Shown here piece by piece: positions 9,801 to 19,400 of a stretch of DNA of 64,000 nt (position 1 is the stretch's first letter; the number at the start of each line of letters is the position of its first letter). The position numbers and the translations under genes are program-made. A model generated the notes under the pieces. That model was not told where the DNA came from. It did not search any database and worked only from the letters and a program-made list of their open reading frames with translations. This stretch comes from a virus (taxonomy: Duplodnaviria; Caudoviricetes), in the IMG/VR virus record IMGVR_UViG_2974760311_000001, positions 4,022 through 68,021 of that record, one strand, 5' to 3'.

Positions 9801-11748
9801 TTTCTTCTATGCCCTTAACGAGGGGAAGATTGATCCTGCCGCGCTGCCTCGTTTCAACGGTGGTACGCAGCCTGGGTCGGATGACCTGTTGTTGCCTGGT
9901 GGTGAGGGGTTCACGCCTCGTACGCCGACGCCGGGGATGAGTCCGCTTGCTGGTCTGGGGCCTGCCCCGGCCAGCTCGGGTGGTGGTTCGATCCTTCTGC
10001 CTGGTGCGGAGGGGTTCTATCCGCGTACGCCTTCGGGTCCGTTGAGTCCGCTTGCCGGGTTGACGCCGGGGCCGAAGCCTGCACCGAAGCCTGCACCGAA
10101 GCCGGTTCCTAAGCCTGCTAAGGCGTCTGTGTCGGGTGTGCCGGTGGCTGGCCCGTCGTCGTCGAGTGCGCCGGTCTCTGTGGGTGATGTTCACGGTTTG
10201 GGCGCTTCGCCGGGGCCGGGTAACGGTGTGCCGCACGTGGGTTCGGGTGTTGCGCCGGGGCCTGCTACGGAGACGGCTGCAAATACGGGTCTGTTTGGGG
10301 CGCTTGGCATTTCGGATAATCCGGATGGACCTAAGCACTTGCAGGAGGACAACGTTACCAAGTTCCTGGGCAACCTTGCTCAGGATGTTGGTTCGCAGTT
10401 GCTCAGCATTGGTGTGAAGTTCCTGGCGGGCATTACCGGTATCGATCTGTCTTCGGTGTTGGGTTGGGGCCAGTCGATTGCTGGTCACTACCTGGGCGAT
10501 AAGGACAAAGAGGACGGTAAGGGTAAGCCTAGGGACGCTGATCCTGATGTTGCGAAGATTCTCGCTGATTATGAGGCGTTGAATGTTGCTTCGCAGTATG
10601 GGTTTGTTGGCACGCTGACCGGTGAGGTTCGGGATGTTCCTGGCGGTGATGGGCTGAAGCCTAACGCGGCTAAGCTTCGGAATATTCTGTTCGCTAAGTA
10701 CCCGATGTTGCAGACGATTGGCGGTTTCCGTCAGGACTCGTTGCCTGAGCATCCGTCTGGCCGTGCGCTCGACATCATGATTCCTAACTGGAATAGCCCT
10801 GAGGGCATTATGTTGGGTAATCAGATTTTGGGCGATGTCATGTCTCATCCGGACTTCTACGGCGCTATTTGGCGTGGTATGTCGTACGGGTATGGCAGCG
10901 GCGGTGCTAAGCCGTACACGCGGGGTGGCAATGACCCGACTCAGGGCCATTATGACCACGTTCATGTGTGGCTTAAGGAGGCTCAGAAGTTCGCTCTGGG
11001 TGGTCCGGTTGTTGGGCCGGGTACAAGCACGTCGGATTCGATTCTGGCGCAGCTCAGCAATGGCGAGTACGTCGTTAACGCTAATGCTGTGAATCAGGTC
11101 GGGACCGGGTTCCTTGACGCGGTGAACTCGGGTGATGTGTCTGTGCAGTCTCAGCCTACGGATACCGCTATGCGGGCCGCTGGGGAGGCGATCAACGGTA
11201 TCGGTGGCGCTTTGGGTGGCACGGGTGTTGGTGCTGGTGGGCCTATTCCTGGCGCTAAGGCTCCGTCTGGGGCTACGGCTGAACAGGACCCGCGTTCGAT
11301 CCTGGGGGCGGCTCCGACGAATCTGGACCACAACAACCCGGCTCTGTCTAAGGGCATTTCGGGCGCGGCGTCGACCATTGGTTCGCTCATCGCTTCGGCG
11401 GCGAGCGCGGCTGGTGGCGCGGCTGGCGCGGCTGGTGCTCCTGGCGCGGGGCAGGGGGCCGCTTTGGCGGCTTCGGCGGTTCAGGGTGGTGCGCAGATTG
11501 CGGGCCAGGTCGCTAACGGCGCGGTCAACATTCTGTCGAGCTTGCTGGTGGGCACGCTTAGCGGTGGTACGACGCAGAACGCTTACGGCGCTCCTGTGTT
11601 GCCGCAGGGACCGCCTCAGTCGGGCGGTGGCGGGCCTGCCGTGGTGAACAACTACGGCGATATTCACACGGCGAGCTACGACGAGTTCTATCGCGGTCAG
11701 CAGCGGCGTGAGGCGCAGCAGCAGGCACCCATCCTGCCAATGCGATAA
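6817..11748 (+). CDS. Tape measure protein
   Basis: 1643 aa Ala/Gly/Leu-rich, follows chaperones; C-terminal HPSGRALDIM..HYDHVHV peptidase-like motif. Confidence 0.95.
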   Translation: MAEYVAAQASVLMVPTLGKGANSFQSKLKAELKKVRAQVDVQVNADTTAMLAQIKAAKEAAERDPINLKVNARQATVGLNAVKRNLNDLKDQARRGLVVNLTVAGMSQLTQLGLAIASLNTSVVQLGQSMLVLPGIVGGLASSVTTAVVGTRGLTDAFQAQSKASKNVADSARQQTMANRAVRDSTRDLSNAIRDAKRQLEDLNAQLRDAPLDEAEAMLNLQEAIAEAADKAGKTAFEQQRDQLSVAKAESQLAETRRRNLRLQQDVQEANAKGVQGNDAVVAATERLTQALEDAARGTDAIRDLADAMGNLSPNAQDFVNKVRALGGAWGELRMAVQDRLFANLGDDIQALAGKGLPTLQEGLTGIAGAINGNLRQAFTSLGSDNNLSLLERLFGNTEQAQTLFSRALDPLISGVLRLTAAGSDSLPRLSDAFASVMNRFNNFVTAADNDGRLDKWIDAGLNALTDLGNSLINIGSILNSVHEAFTGTGGRGLLEVLADGTKRLADFLKGAEGQEKLRQYFYSARAEFQKWKPTLEQIPGIIRNVMAAGQAWADMLLPFLNTAATLLKEHPALVAALLYTYLTWRTIQPVITGINTALSGMRTALDWVSRGLGDGNSGANGKLSRFASFIGVGGPIATGVAVVAGLLLNEYATAQNEAAQETEYHANMVNQLRSEIDDLTGSLTTGGAIRQLQRLSNWQNFNLTGDPSFNIPEIADNLGINRAKYQQALNPTQQAARNEVEGDLKKILREELLKPGNMYSENTEGFREALDKAKISIDDLVEALGGTDQSAVKKYEEAFGFGGPGWVSMKNSGTLIRKPPTLSDVLQGYDTKLPFDLGDLPALSPRGLEAANALRVLHDESSTALRVGEDTRRNNEAVLGKAEVRPDSPLARLGSPRAFWNSNGDGGATVEVDASQVPPELIEAVGGEHNIERLADRRTKIKLPKEVAEKYLYRRAGGGLMDGPGTGRSDSILAMLSTGEFVTRADSVAKYGRDFFYALNEGKIDPAALPRFNGGTQPGSDDLLLPGGEGFTPRTPTPGMSPLAGLGPAPASSGGGSILLPGAEGFYPRTPSGPLSPLAGLTPGPKPAPKPAPKPVPKPAKASVSGVPVAGPSSSSAPVSVGDVHGLGASPGPGNGVPHVGSGVAPGPATETAANTGLFGALGISDNPDGPKHLQEDNVTKFLGNLAQDVGSQLLSIGVKFLAGITGIDLSSVLGWGQSIAGHYLGDKDKEDGKGKPRDADPDVAKILADYEALNVASQYGFVGTLTGEVRDVPGGDGLKPNAAKLRNILFAKYPMLQTIGGFRQDSLPEHPSGRALDIMIPNWNSPEGIMLGNQILGDVMSHPDFYGAIWRGMSYGYGSGGAKPYTRGGNDPTQGHYDHVHVWLKEAQKFALGGPVVGPGTSTSDSILAQLSNGEYVVNANAVNQVGTGFLDAVNSGDVSVQSQPTDTAMRAAGEAINGIGGALGGTGVGAGGPIPGAKAPSGATAEQDPRSILGAAPTNLDHNNPALSKGISGAASTIGSLIASAASAAGGAAGAAGAPGAGQGAALAASAVQGGAQIAGQVANGAVNILSSLLVGTLSGGTTQNAYGAPVLPQGPPQSGGGGPAVVNNYGDIHTASYDEFYRGQQRREAQQQAPILPMR

Positions 11749-11760
11749 CTGAATACGGAT

Positions 11761-11820
11761 AACGAGCAACCCCGTTCGGTGGGTGGTGTTAAGCCGCTTA
11801 CCGGACGGGGTTGTCTCGTT
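11761..11820 (+). other. Long hairpin between tape measure and first minor tail gene
   Basis: AACGAG-CAACCCCGTTCGGTGGGTGG / CCGCTTACCGGACGGGGTTG-T-CTCGTT; no U tract; flanked by two AACTGAATA motifs. Confidence 0.6.
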
Positions 11821-11836
11821 GGAAAGACAACTGAAT

Positions 11837-12718
11837 ATGTCCGATTTTCTCAAGATCGAGTTGGTTGGCCGGGACGGCTCGCATTGGAATTTGTCGGGGC
11901 CGGGTATGGGCGCGCAGGGGGTCACCCTGTCACCTGGCTTGCAGCAGTTTTACGACGCGCCTGTTAAGACGCTTTATGTTCCCGGCCCGTTTGGCGAGGA
12001 ATACGCGGGTAAGCGTGTCCAGCGCCGGGAGATTGTTTTCACTGTTCAAGCGTGGGACGGCGACCACGAGACGTGGGCGACGGTGGATTCCGCTTGGCGG
12101 TGGGCTTGGGATTATGACGAAGAGTCGGAGATTCGGGTTACGACCAGTGATGGCACCCGGTATTTGAAGGTTCGGCTTTTCGAGGAACCTAAGCCGTATA
12201 ACCAAAAGGACCCGTTTATCACTGCGGATAACCCGATTGTGATGACGGTGACGGCGACGTTCCCGTATTGGCGGGAAGAGCCTAAGGAGTATGTGTGGAC
12301 GACGCTCCACGCTAAGGATTTGACGACGTTCCCGGTTCGGAACGACGGGGATGTGCCGGTGTGGCTTAAGTGGACGCTTACCGCGCCGGGTTTGTGGACG
12401 TTGCCTGATTTCTCGTGGGGCAATGACATGTATTCGCGCGGCCTTGAGGATTCGGGCCGCACGGTCAAGCTGCCGAAGCTTGTTAACGGGGAGCATGTCT
12501 CCGTCGACTCGGACCCGCGTGTTCAGACGATTATCGCGGTCAACGGTATGCCGACTCAGCACCGCTGGAAAGGCAATGACCTGCTTTATCCGCTGATGCC
12601 GGGTAAGGGCGGGGATATTCCGGTGCGGCTGTCGGATGCGCCTCAGGGCGGGGCGTGCAAGTTGACGGTGCCGCGTTGGTTCTCGCGTCCGTGGTCTCGA
12701 CCGGGGGTGCTGCGCTGA
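11837..12718 (+). CDS. Minor tail protein (distal tail-like)
   Basis: Start re-assigned to ATG 11837 (MSDFLKIELVGRDGSHWNL); first gene after tape measure. Confidence 0.8.
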   Translation: MSDFLKIELVGRDGSHWNLSGPGMGAQGVTLSPGLQQFYDAPVKTLYVPGPFGEEYAGKRVQRREIVFTVQAWDGDHETWATVDSAWRWAWDYDEESEIRVTTSDGTRYLKVRLFEEPKPYNQKDPFITADNPIVMTVTATFPYWREEPKEYVWTTLHAKDLTTFPVRNDGDVPVWLKWTLTAPGLWTLPDFSWGNDMYSRGLEDSGRTVKLPKLVNGEHVSVDSDPRVQTIIAVNGMPTQHRWKGNDLLYPLMPGKGGDIPVRLSDAPQGGACKLTVPRWFSRPWSRPGVLR

Positions 12719-14487
12719 TGGCTGACACGCAGTATTGGCAGGACATCCTCGACGCGGCTGACGGCGACGAATGGAAGGCGTTCGCGTCTCTTGAGGCTAA
12801 GGCCGACAGTGTGCGCCAAGAGCATGTTGCGATTAGGCGCGCTAAGCCGCTGATCCGCTTGTGGATGAACAATCCGGACGGGTCCGAGGGTTTGGTCTAT
12901 GTGGGCCGCGTCGATTACGACGACACCATTAAGGGTTCGTTCCCGTTTAAGAACAACACTCCGTCTCAGGGCGTGCTGGAATTGCGGGACGATCATTACC
13001 TTGCGGTGTGGCTTAAGAAGTTGCCGAATGACCCGACGCTTAAGAAGAATGTGGTTATTACGGTCGACTTTTACGGTGGCCGTAAGCGGTGGTCTGGCCT
13101 TCTGGATAAGTGGACTGTTAAGACGGCTGACAATGTTAAGTACCTTGAGGTCTCGTTTAATGACGACCTGACCTTTTTGCAATACTTGCTATGTCCCCCG
13201 AATCCTTTGCTACCGATCCCGGTGTTCCAGTTCCCGCGTGTTTTCGGAATTGCTGGACCAGCTAAGTGGGCTATTAGCACCGTTATTTTCTTGAACCTAT
13301 TCCGCGTTCAGGGCAGCCTTTGGCAATTGCCCGACGATCCGTTTGATTTGGAGTCGTGGGACGATCTGTGGGATTGGTCGGATTGGCAGTGTTTCGTTAA
13401 GTCGAACTCATTCCTTTTGGATGATAGTTCGGTTTGGACGTTCATTAGCTCGCGTATGAATCCCATTGACTCGATCATTGCGGATTCGCTGGATGATGCG
13501 CAGCTCACGATTACTTACCGGCGCGTTCTTACGGACGACGGGGAGACGGCTTCAGGGTTCCCCGGCGCGAACAACATTAAGAACGGCGCGCTTGTGTTTG
13601 AAGTTGTGGACAACTCGAATGCGACGGCGCTTGAGGGCACGTTCTTTGAGGGCAGCATTGTCGACGGGTTTGTCCGGAGCGTGCTGTTGTACGGCGGCGG
13701 GTTCGTGGAGGACACGCTTAGCGTTGTTGGCGACGACCAGACGTTGCAGCCTGACGAGTATTACCAGTCCGGTTGGTTGGCGACGATGGCGAAGATGCCG
13801 TGGTTGGTAATCCGCGATAACGAGTGGACGCCAATCGAGTCGAGCGACCTTAGCTGGGGGCCAGCTAAGAACGTCAGCGTCATTGTTGGTGGTGATAATC
13901 CGGCAGCGGATGCCATCGCCAAGCTTGTGATTGAGACCACTGGAAACCTGCTCGGTTATTTCTTGCTAGGTGGGTTTAGCTCGGCGGGCACGATTGCCGC
14001 CGACATCATTATGCCGTTCCTGGTGGGCACAATCGCGGCTTGGCTTCAGTGGAAAAACAATGGCCGCGCGCAACAGTTGGGCTGGGTCCACTACTGGGAG
14101 CTGTACCAGCAAGGCGCTGAGCAGAACAGTTGGTCCCTAGCGGCGCTGTCTGCGCTTCGTGGCGGGTTCCTGGTGGGCCGCGCTGAGACGGTGCATTTGA
14201 TGGCGCTGTATGACTCGTGGGTTATCCCTGGCGTGCATATCGACATCGGGCAGCGTTTGGGTTCGACGGTCAACGCTAAGGGCCTTGAGGACATCATTTG
14301 GGTCAATCAGCTCGAAGAGATGACGTGCGGGTGGGACCACTCTGCGGGTGGCACTGCGCCGTTGTCGTGGGTTCTAAAGGCCGGTAAGTCGGATCGCGCT
14401 ATGAGCATCGGCGAACGTATGGCCCGTATCGCAAAGAAGATGAGTGACGCTCTGAACAACGTGGGTGTCCACATTATCCAGAGTTAG
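12718..14487 (+). CDS. Minor tail protein (baseplate hub-like)
   Basis: ATG overlaps upstream TGA; RLWMNN..YVG, LQYLLCPPNP.LP..FQFPR motifs of mycobacteriophage minor tail proteins. Confidence 0.85.
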   Translation: MADTQYWQDILDAADGDEWKAFASLEAKADSVRQEHVAIRRAKPLIRLWMNNPDGSEGLVYVGRVDYDDTIKGSFPFKNNTPSQGVLELRDDHYLAVWLKKLPNDPTLKKNVVITVDFYGGRKRWSGLLDKWTVKTADNVKYLEVSFNDDLTFLQYLLCPPNPLLPIPVFQFPRVFGIAGPAKWAISTVIFLNLFRVQGSLWQLPDDPFDLESWDDLWDWSDWQCFVKSNSFLLDDSSVWTFISSRMNPIDSIIADSLDDAQLTITYRRVLTDDGETASGFPGANNIKNGALVFEVVDNSNATALEGTFFEGSIVDGFVRSVLLYGGGFVEDTLSVVGDDQTLQPDEYYQSGWLATMAKMPWLVIRDNEWTPIESSDLSWGPAKNVSVIVGGDNPAADAIAKLVIETTGNLLGYFLLGGFSSAGTIAADIIMPFLVGTIAAWLQWKNNGRAQQLGWVHYWELYQQGAEQNSWSLAALSALRGGFLVGRAETVHLMALYDSWVIPGVHIDIGQRLGSTVNAKGLEDIIWVNQLEEMTCGWDHSAGGTAPLSWVLKAGKSDRAMSIGERMARIAKKMSDALNNVGVHIIQS

Positions 14488-14511
14488 GAACTTTAGGGGG
14501 GTTTAGGAGAA

Positions 14512-14958
14512 TTGGCTAAAACGCAGTCGGAGTGCAATCTCGACGATCCAAAGGAGATGTTCGCGTGGATGTTCGCGGCTGGCGTCCCTGATCCTCGGGG
14601 TGATGGGAAATTCCCTAATCAGCCGCTCATTCCGCCGATGTGCTACGAGGCGCTAAGCGAAATGCTCTACAAGATGGGCGCGCGTTTTCATCCGGATAAG
14701 CAGGAGCTTTGGGTTAAGCCAGCGTCCGGTCCTACGGGGAATTTCTGCGCTGCGGGCACGACGGACGTTAAGCCGGAAGAGCTGGCCCCGTTTGTTGCGG
14801 AAATGGTGGCTGACCAGTTCGCGGATGTGGCTGCCGATGTCGCGGCGGTGACGCCGGAAACGCACGACGAAGCGGTTAAGGAGTACGGCGAAAAGCTTCT
14901 GTCGAACATCGAGAAGCTGATGGCCGCGCGCAAGCAGATGGAGGGGAGGTTGACCTAA
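14512..14958 (+). CDS. Minor tail protein (DUF2744-like)
   Basis: QSECNLDDPKEMFAWMF..LSEMLYKMGARFHP motif. Confidence 0.75.
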   Translation: MAKTQSECNLDDPKEMFAWMFAAGVPDPRGDGKFPNQPLIPPMCYEALSEMLYKMGARFHPDKQELWVKPASGPTGNFCAAGTTDVKPEELAPFVAEMVADQFADVAADVAAVTPETHDEAVKEYGEKLLSNIEKLMAARKQMEGRLT

Positions 14959-17640
14959 ATGACGATGCCTAACGGGGATGGCGGTCTGGATGAAGGCGCT
15001 TGGCTTGCCCCGTTTGTCGCTCAGAACGACCTTGCGTCTCTGACGGATCGCACTGAAGAGAATATCCGCGCTTATTACGCCGATCTGGTTCAGATTGATC
15101 CTGGCTGGGGTGAAGCGTCGGAGACGTTCTTTAACTTCATCATGGCGGGCTTTAACACCATTGGTGATGTTATGCGGGCCATCGTCAACGCGATTATTGG
15201 TATTCCGGGCAACCTGGCTGATCTGGGGACCTGGATGGGGGACCGGTGGGGCGACCTTGCGGACGCCCTATCGGCCACCGGCCAGATTATCGACGCGCTC
15301 GCTAACAAGGTGGGCGCGGGCATTCACGATGCCATTCAGCGGATCAACTCATTCCTCACTTCGCTGTCTCCACTTAACGCGGGCAACCTGTTCGGCGGTA
15401 TCAATATCACTCAGCTACCGCTGTTGTCGGTGTCGCATATCGCTAACGTCCAACCTGAGCTGCTAACTAATGGCGGGTTCGATACGGACGAGTCGGTGTC
15501 GGCTAACGACGAGTGGGAGTGGGACGGCGAGGTTGGCCGTACCTCTCCGTATGGCTCGGTGCGTATTGAGGCTGACGGCACGCAGCACGAGTTGGTGTCG
15601 GGGCCGAACGCCATTCTGGTGGCGGCTGGGCAAGAGCTGGACGTGTCTGTGTGGGTGACGCAGGTCGACGCGGTTGGGTCCGGTGCGCGCGCGCAGCTCT
15701 ACGTGCGGCCTTACACGAACGGTGTGGCCGGTACGGCTGTGCTGGCCGCTCAGGCGGCGGTGCCTACGACGTGGGCCAAGCTGACCGGCACGTACACGGT
15801 GCCTTCGGGTGTGGATTCGATTCGCCTAGTGCTAAGGGTCACGTCTAACGCGACCGCTGGCACGTTTTGGTTTGACGACGCATCGGTTAAGAAAAAGGGC
15901 CTGATGTCGCGCGGCCTGGTCGATGGCCTGGAAATGCTGCATACGGCTTTCAATCAGGTGATGGAAATTCTCGGCGGCGCGATTGTCACGCCGATTAACT
16001 CTGCTGTGCAGGCCGTTAAGGACTGGTGGAATGCCGTCGCGGGCAAGGTCCAGAACTTGACGCTTAGCGGTATCTTGCCGTCGATCAATGTTGGTAGCCC
16101 TATTGGCGGTATCAACATTGGGCAGGACTTGCTTGACACGTGGAACCGGATCGTTAACGGCTTCCGGCGCACGAGCACGACGGGTAACACGTCTGCGGAC
16201 GTGGAAGAGATTATGGCGACGGTGGGCCAGGAGATTCTTGTGGCTCAGGAGTCGGCGATCACGTTGGCTAACCAAGCTAACGCGCCTAAGAACGTGGCGT
16301 TCTGGGAGTCTCCTAACCCGTTCGAGGATGTGTCGTTCCCGCGCGCGCTACTTCAGCCGCAGTTGCAGGTGACGCTTCCGACCGCGACGGCGAGGTCGAG
16401 CCTTAATAGCCTTCCGGCGAACTGGACGGCTTCTGTGGCCGACACGGTTGAGGCGCACACGCACCAAATCACGAGCGGTAGCGTTAGCTACGCCAAGCCG
16501 ATGTATTCGATTCCTTCGGGGACGCTGGCGCTGTCGGCGGTGCGCATTAAGCAGGACCGCATTGTTAACGTCGCGCGGTTCATCGCGGGCGGTGGTACGC
16601 CGCCGTCTACGGCGCTGTATGTGGGCCTGTACGCGATTGACCCGACTAACGGCAACATGACGTTGGTTTACGATTTCGGTGACCAGAAGGGCAATGTCAA
16701 TACCGGGTCTGCTCTGTATGAGACGGCAGTAACGCTGCCGAATGACCTGCTGGTCGACGGTGGGACGTTGTTCGCGGTGGGCATTCTGCCGGTGGGTAGC
16801 GCTTTCTCTGTGGCGGCGATTCGGCGGTCTCCGATTGTCACGTCAGCGCTGGTGTATCCGCAGGCCGCTACGGAGCTGCTAACCGGCCAAACGTCGCTGC
16901 CTAGCACGATCACTGAATCGTCGCTCAACCACGCGTCGGATTACCGGGTGTGGGTGAGTATCGGCCAGGCGGTCGATTCGATTCCGGAGGACGCTAGCCC
17001 GGTTACGTTGTCGATGAACTTCGACGTGTCTAACACGCTTAGCTGGTCGTCGCCGTCATTCCAACAGTTCGGTACAGCGAATAGCCGCTTCGGCATTGAT
17101 AGCGGGAACATCTTTGCGGACGCTCCCGCGTTCCTGTTGGGCGATGAGACGTATTGGCGTTCTGCGTTGTGTTTGACGCCGGTCCATACCAACGACCATT
17201 CGGTAGGTATCACGATTGGTTCGGGCTGGAATACGAACACTTACGGGTACACGACGACGCGTGCTTACGTGCGGATGAACTCGCAAGGCACGTCCGGTGT
17301 GGCTATGCACTTGGATTCCGCAGGGTCGAACGTTGTTCGTATTCGTATTGCGAATGTGTCGAACATGACCTCAGTGGGCACGGTTCGGGCCACGGCTACG
17401 TGTCCGTTCTCGGTGGGGGACGAGTTCACTATCGCGGCGGTCGGCAGTGTGTACCAGGTGTTCCGGAATGGCGTGGCTGTTCCCGGCGCGGTTTGGGATG
17501 ACACGACCAGCATCGTTCCGGTTGGTAAGGCGTGGCGTCGGCATGGCTTCGGCGGCGGCTCTCGGAACGTGTCTGCTTACACGATTCATCGTTCGGCGTA
17601 CATCGACCGGTATAAGGCGATGGATTTGTCTGGTAACTAA
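14959..17640 (+). CDS. Minor tail protein with carbohydrate-binding-like domain
   Basis: 893 aa; HIANVQPELLTNGGFD..WEWDG..G..RIEADG CBM-like block; beta-rich C-terminus. Confidence 0.8.
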   Translation: MTMPNGDGGLDEGAWLAPFVAQNDLASLTDRTEENIRAYYADLVQIDPGWGEASETFFNFIMAGFNTIGDVMRAIVNAIIGIPGNLADLGTWMGDRWGDLADALSATGQIIDALANKVGAGIHDAIQRINSFLTSLSPLNAGNLFGGINITQLPLLSVSHIANVQPELLTNGGFDTDESVSANDEWEWDGEVGRTSPYGSVRIEADGTQHELVSGPNAILVAAGQELDVSVWVTQVDAVGSGARAQLYVRPYTNGVAGTAVLAAQAAVPTTWAKLTGTYTVPSGVDSIRLVLRVTSNATAGTFWFDDASVKKKGLMSRGLVDGLEMLHTAFNQVMEILGGAIVTPINSAVQAVKDWWNAVAGKVQNLTLSGILPSINVGSPIGGINIGQDLLDTWNRIVNGFRRTSTTGNTSADVEEIMATVGQEILVAQESAITLANQANAPKNVAFWESPNPFEDVSFPRALLQPQLQVTLPTATARSSLNSLPANWTASVADTVEAHTHQITSGSVSYAKPMYSIPSGTLALSAVRIKQDRIVNVARFIAGGGTPPSTALYVGLYAIDPTNGNMTLVYDFGDQKGNVNTGSALYETAVTLPNDLLVDGGTLFAVGILPVGSAFSVAAIRRSPIVTSALVYPQAATELLTGQTSLPSTITESSLNHASDYRVWVSIGQAVDSIPEDASPVTLSMNFDVSNTLSWSSPSFQQFGTANSRFGIDSGNIFADAPAFLLGDETYWRSALCLTPVHTNDHSVGITIGSGWNTNTYGYTTTRAYVRMNSQGTSGVAMHLDSAGSNVVRIRIANVSNMTSVGTVRATATCPFSVGDEFTIAAVGSVYQVFRNGVAVPGAVWDDTTSIVPVGKAWRRHGFGGGSRNVSAYTIHRSAYIDRYKAMDLSGN

Positions 17641-17646
17641 GGAGGG

Positions 17647-18822
17647 TTGATGACGTGGGCGGTAACCCCGCCCACTCTCATCACGCCTAAAGCGACGGGC
17701 TGGTACAGCTCGGAGCCGGATGGAATTGGTGGGAATGGGCAAGGCTGGTGGGCTGTCCTCGGCCTAAACGGCGCGTTGTCAATTGAGTTTGTTAATGAGG
17801 CTGAGCTTGAAGCGTTTATGCAGCTCGAATTGGTGCTGGCGGTCGAGGCCACACGTGAGCTGGCTTTGCAGGCGACCTTGAATCTGACGGCTCATCGGAG
17901 CTTCACGATTGATAATCCTGTTGACTTGGCTGGCGTTTTCCAGTTGGACGCGGAGTTCTCCGCAACGGTTAATCGTGCGTTGACGCTTTCGCGGGTGATT
18001 GGGTTCGATCTAGCGCAGACGCTAACGGCTGACCTGAATCTCGATTTGGAGCGGATAGCGCCGATTAGTTCGGAGATGAACTTCACGGCTAACCGCTCGC
18101 TAAGCCTCGGTAAGGTCGTGCCGCTTTGGGCTGACGCTGGTGTGGGTGTTACTCGCTCACTGAAGCTGGCGCGTGTTGTGAACATGGGCGTCGCGCAGCG
18201 GCAGATCGGTATGACCAGTTGGGTTGAGATGGGCTACCCGCTCCACTCGCCGGAAACGACGGTCGTAACCCTAACGGGGACGTACACGATTCCGCGTTGG
18301 GCTGACGCTATCGACATCGTTTTGGTGGGCGCTGGTGGTGGCGGCTCTGGTGGTGACTCTGGCCTTTCCTACACCGGTAACGGTGGCGGCGCGGGTAGTT
18401 GGGCGACGTTGACGGTAGAGCGCGGCCCTGGCGGGATTCCTTACACGGCGACCTCAATCACGGTCACTATCGGCACAGGCGGCACGGCGGGCGGTACTAA
18501 CACGGCTGGCAATGCTGGTGGCAGCACGTCGGCGTCCGCTACTGGCATGTCGACGCTGGTCGCTATGGGCGGTAATGGCGGCGCTAGGGCCACCCTGACA
18601 AACCAAGGGGCTTCTGGCGCTTCGCCGGGGTCGATCACTTACAGGAGCGTGACCTATACGGGTGGCGGCACGTCACCGTCCGGTTCTAGCCGTACTGACG
18701 GTAAAGAGCCTGGCGGCGGTGGCGGCGGTGGCGCTGGCGGCATTCTCGGCGGCGGTACTGCGGGCCGTCCTGGTGCGCGCGGCCAGGCATGGTTCAGGGC
18801 CTTTCAATGGGGCAATTCTTAA
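17647..18822 (+). CDS. Minor tail protein, glycine-rich C-terminus
   Basis: YTIPRWADAIDIVLVGAGGGG..GGGAG motif. Confidence 0.8.
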   Translation: MMTWAVTPPTLITPKATGWYSSEPDGIGGNGQGWWAVLGLNGALSIEFVNEAELEAFMQLELVLAVEATRELALQATLNLTAHRSFTIDNPVDLAGVFQLDAEFSATVNRALTLSRVIGFDLAQTLTADLNLDLERIAPISSEMNFTANRSLSLGKVVPLWADAGVGVTRSLKLARVVNMGVAQRQIGMTSWVEMGYPLHSPETTVVTLTGTYTIPRWADAIDIVLVGAGGGGSGGDSGLSYTGNGGGAGSWATLTVERGPGGIPYTATSITVTIGTGGTAGGTNTAGNAGGSTSASATGMSTLVAMGGNGGARATLTNQGASGASPGSITYRSVTYTGGGTSPSGSSRTDGKEPGGGGGGGAGGILGGGTAGRPGARGQAWFRAFQWGNS

Positions 18823-18834
18823 CAAGGGGGTTTT

Positions 18835-19218
18835 ATGGCGTTTGGTATTAGTAAGTATCTCGCTAACAAGTTGTTGGATCACGCGTTCAGGAATACGACG
18901 TATACGCCTCCGACGACGATTTATGCGAAGTTGCATACGGGCGATCCTGGCGCTAACGGCACGGCTAACGCGTCTCTAGCGACGACTCGGATTGCTGTTT
19001 CTTTCAGCGCGGCTTCGGACGGCATCATTATTGCCTCGAATGCACCGGAATTCACGCTTGTCTCTACGGAGACCATCGAGGGCGTTTCGTTTTGGGATGC
19101 GGCGACTGGCGGGAACTTTTTGTATTCGTCACCGGCCATTATCTCCAAGGGTGGTACAGCGGGCGACATTATTCGGCTCTCTGAGCACACGATTGGCCTA
19201 TTGCCGATTGCGGCTTAG
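18835..19218 (+). CDS. Minor tail protein
   Basis: YLANKLLDH..YAKLHTGDPGANGTAN..FWDAATGGNFL motif. Confidence 0.7.
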   Translation: MAFGISKYLANKLLDHAFRNTTYTPPTTIYAKLHTGDPGANGTANASLATTRIAVSFSAASDGIIIASNAPEFTLVSTETIEGVSFWDAATGGNFLYSSPAIISKGGTAGDIIRLSEHTIGLLPIAA

Positions 19219-19226
19219 GAGTTGGC

Positions 19227-19400
19227 GTGAACTATCAGGCTGGCCCTCCGGAGGCGCGCTGCATTATCTGCGGCCTTCCGGAGGGCTTTAACAATGAGAA
19301 CCACCCTAACCGTAAGCACACGCTGTGTATGAAAGCTGCGATTTTCGAGTATCGGGTGGGTTTGTTCATGGGCAAGTTTAAGGGGTGGTTCAATGCTTAA
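19227..19400 (+). CDS. Small hypothetical protein with CxxC..H..C
   Basis: 57 aa read manually (GTG start after AGGAG): VNYQAGPPEARCIICGLPEG..KHTLCMK..; fills the gap between tail genes. Confidence 0.55.
   Translation: MNYQAGPPEARCIICGLPEGFNNENHPNRKHTLCMKAAIFEYRVGLFMGKFKGWFNA

Noticed and set aside
11838-11855. TGTCCGATTTT operator-like half site
   Set aside because: The second half is absent and it lies in coding sequence.
9502-11925. 807-aa minus-strand ORF, and other long antisense ORFs (e.g. 34093-35358, 44399-45667, 39895-41127)
   Set aside because: Shadows of GC-rich sense genes; Arg/Thr-rich with no motifs or RBS.
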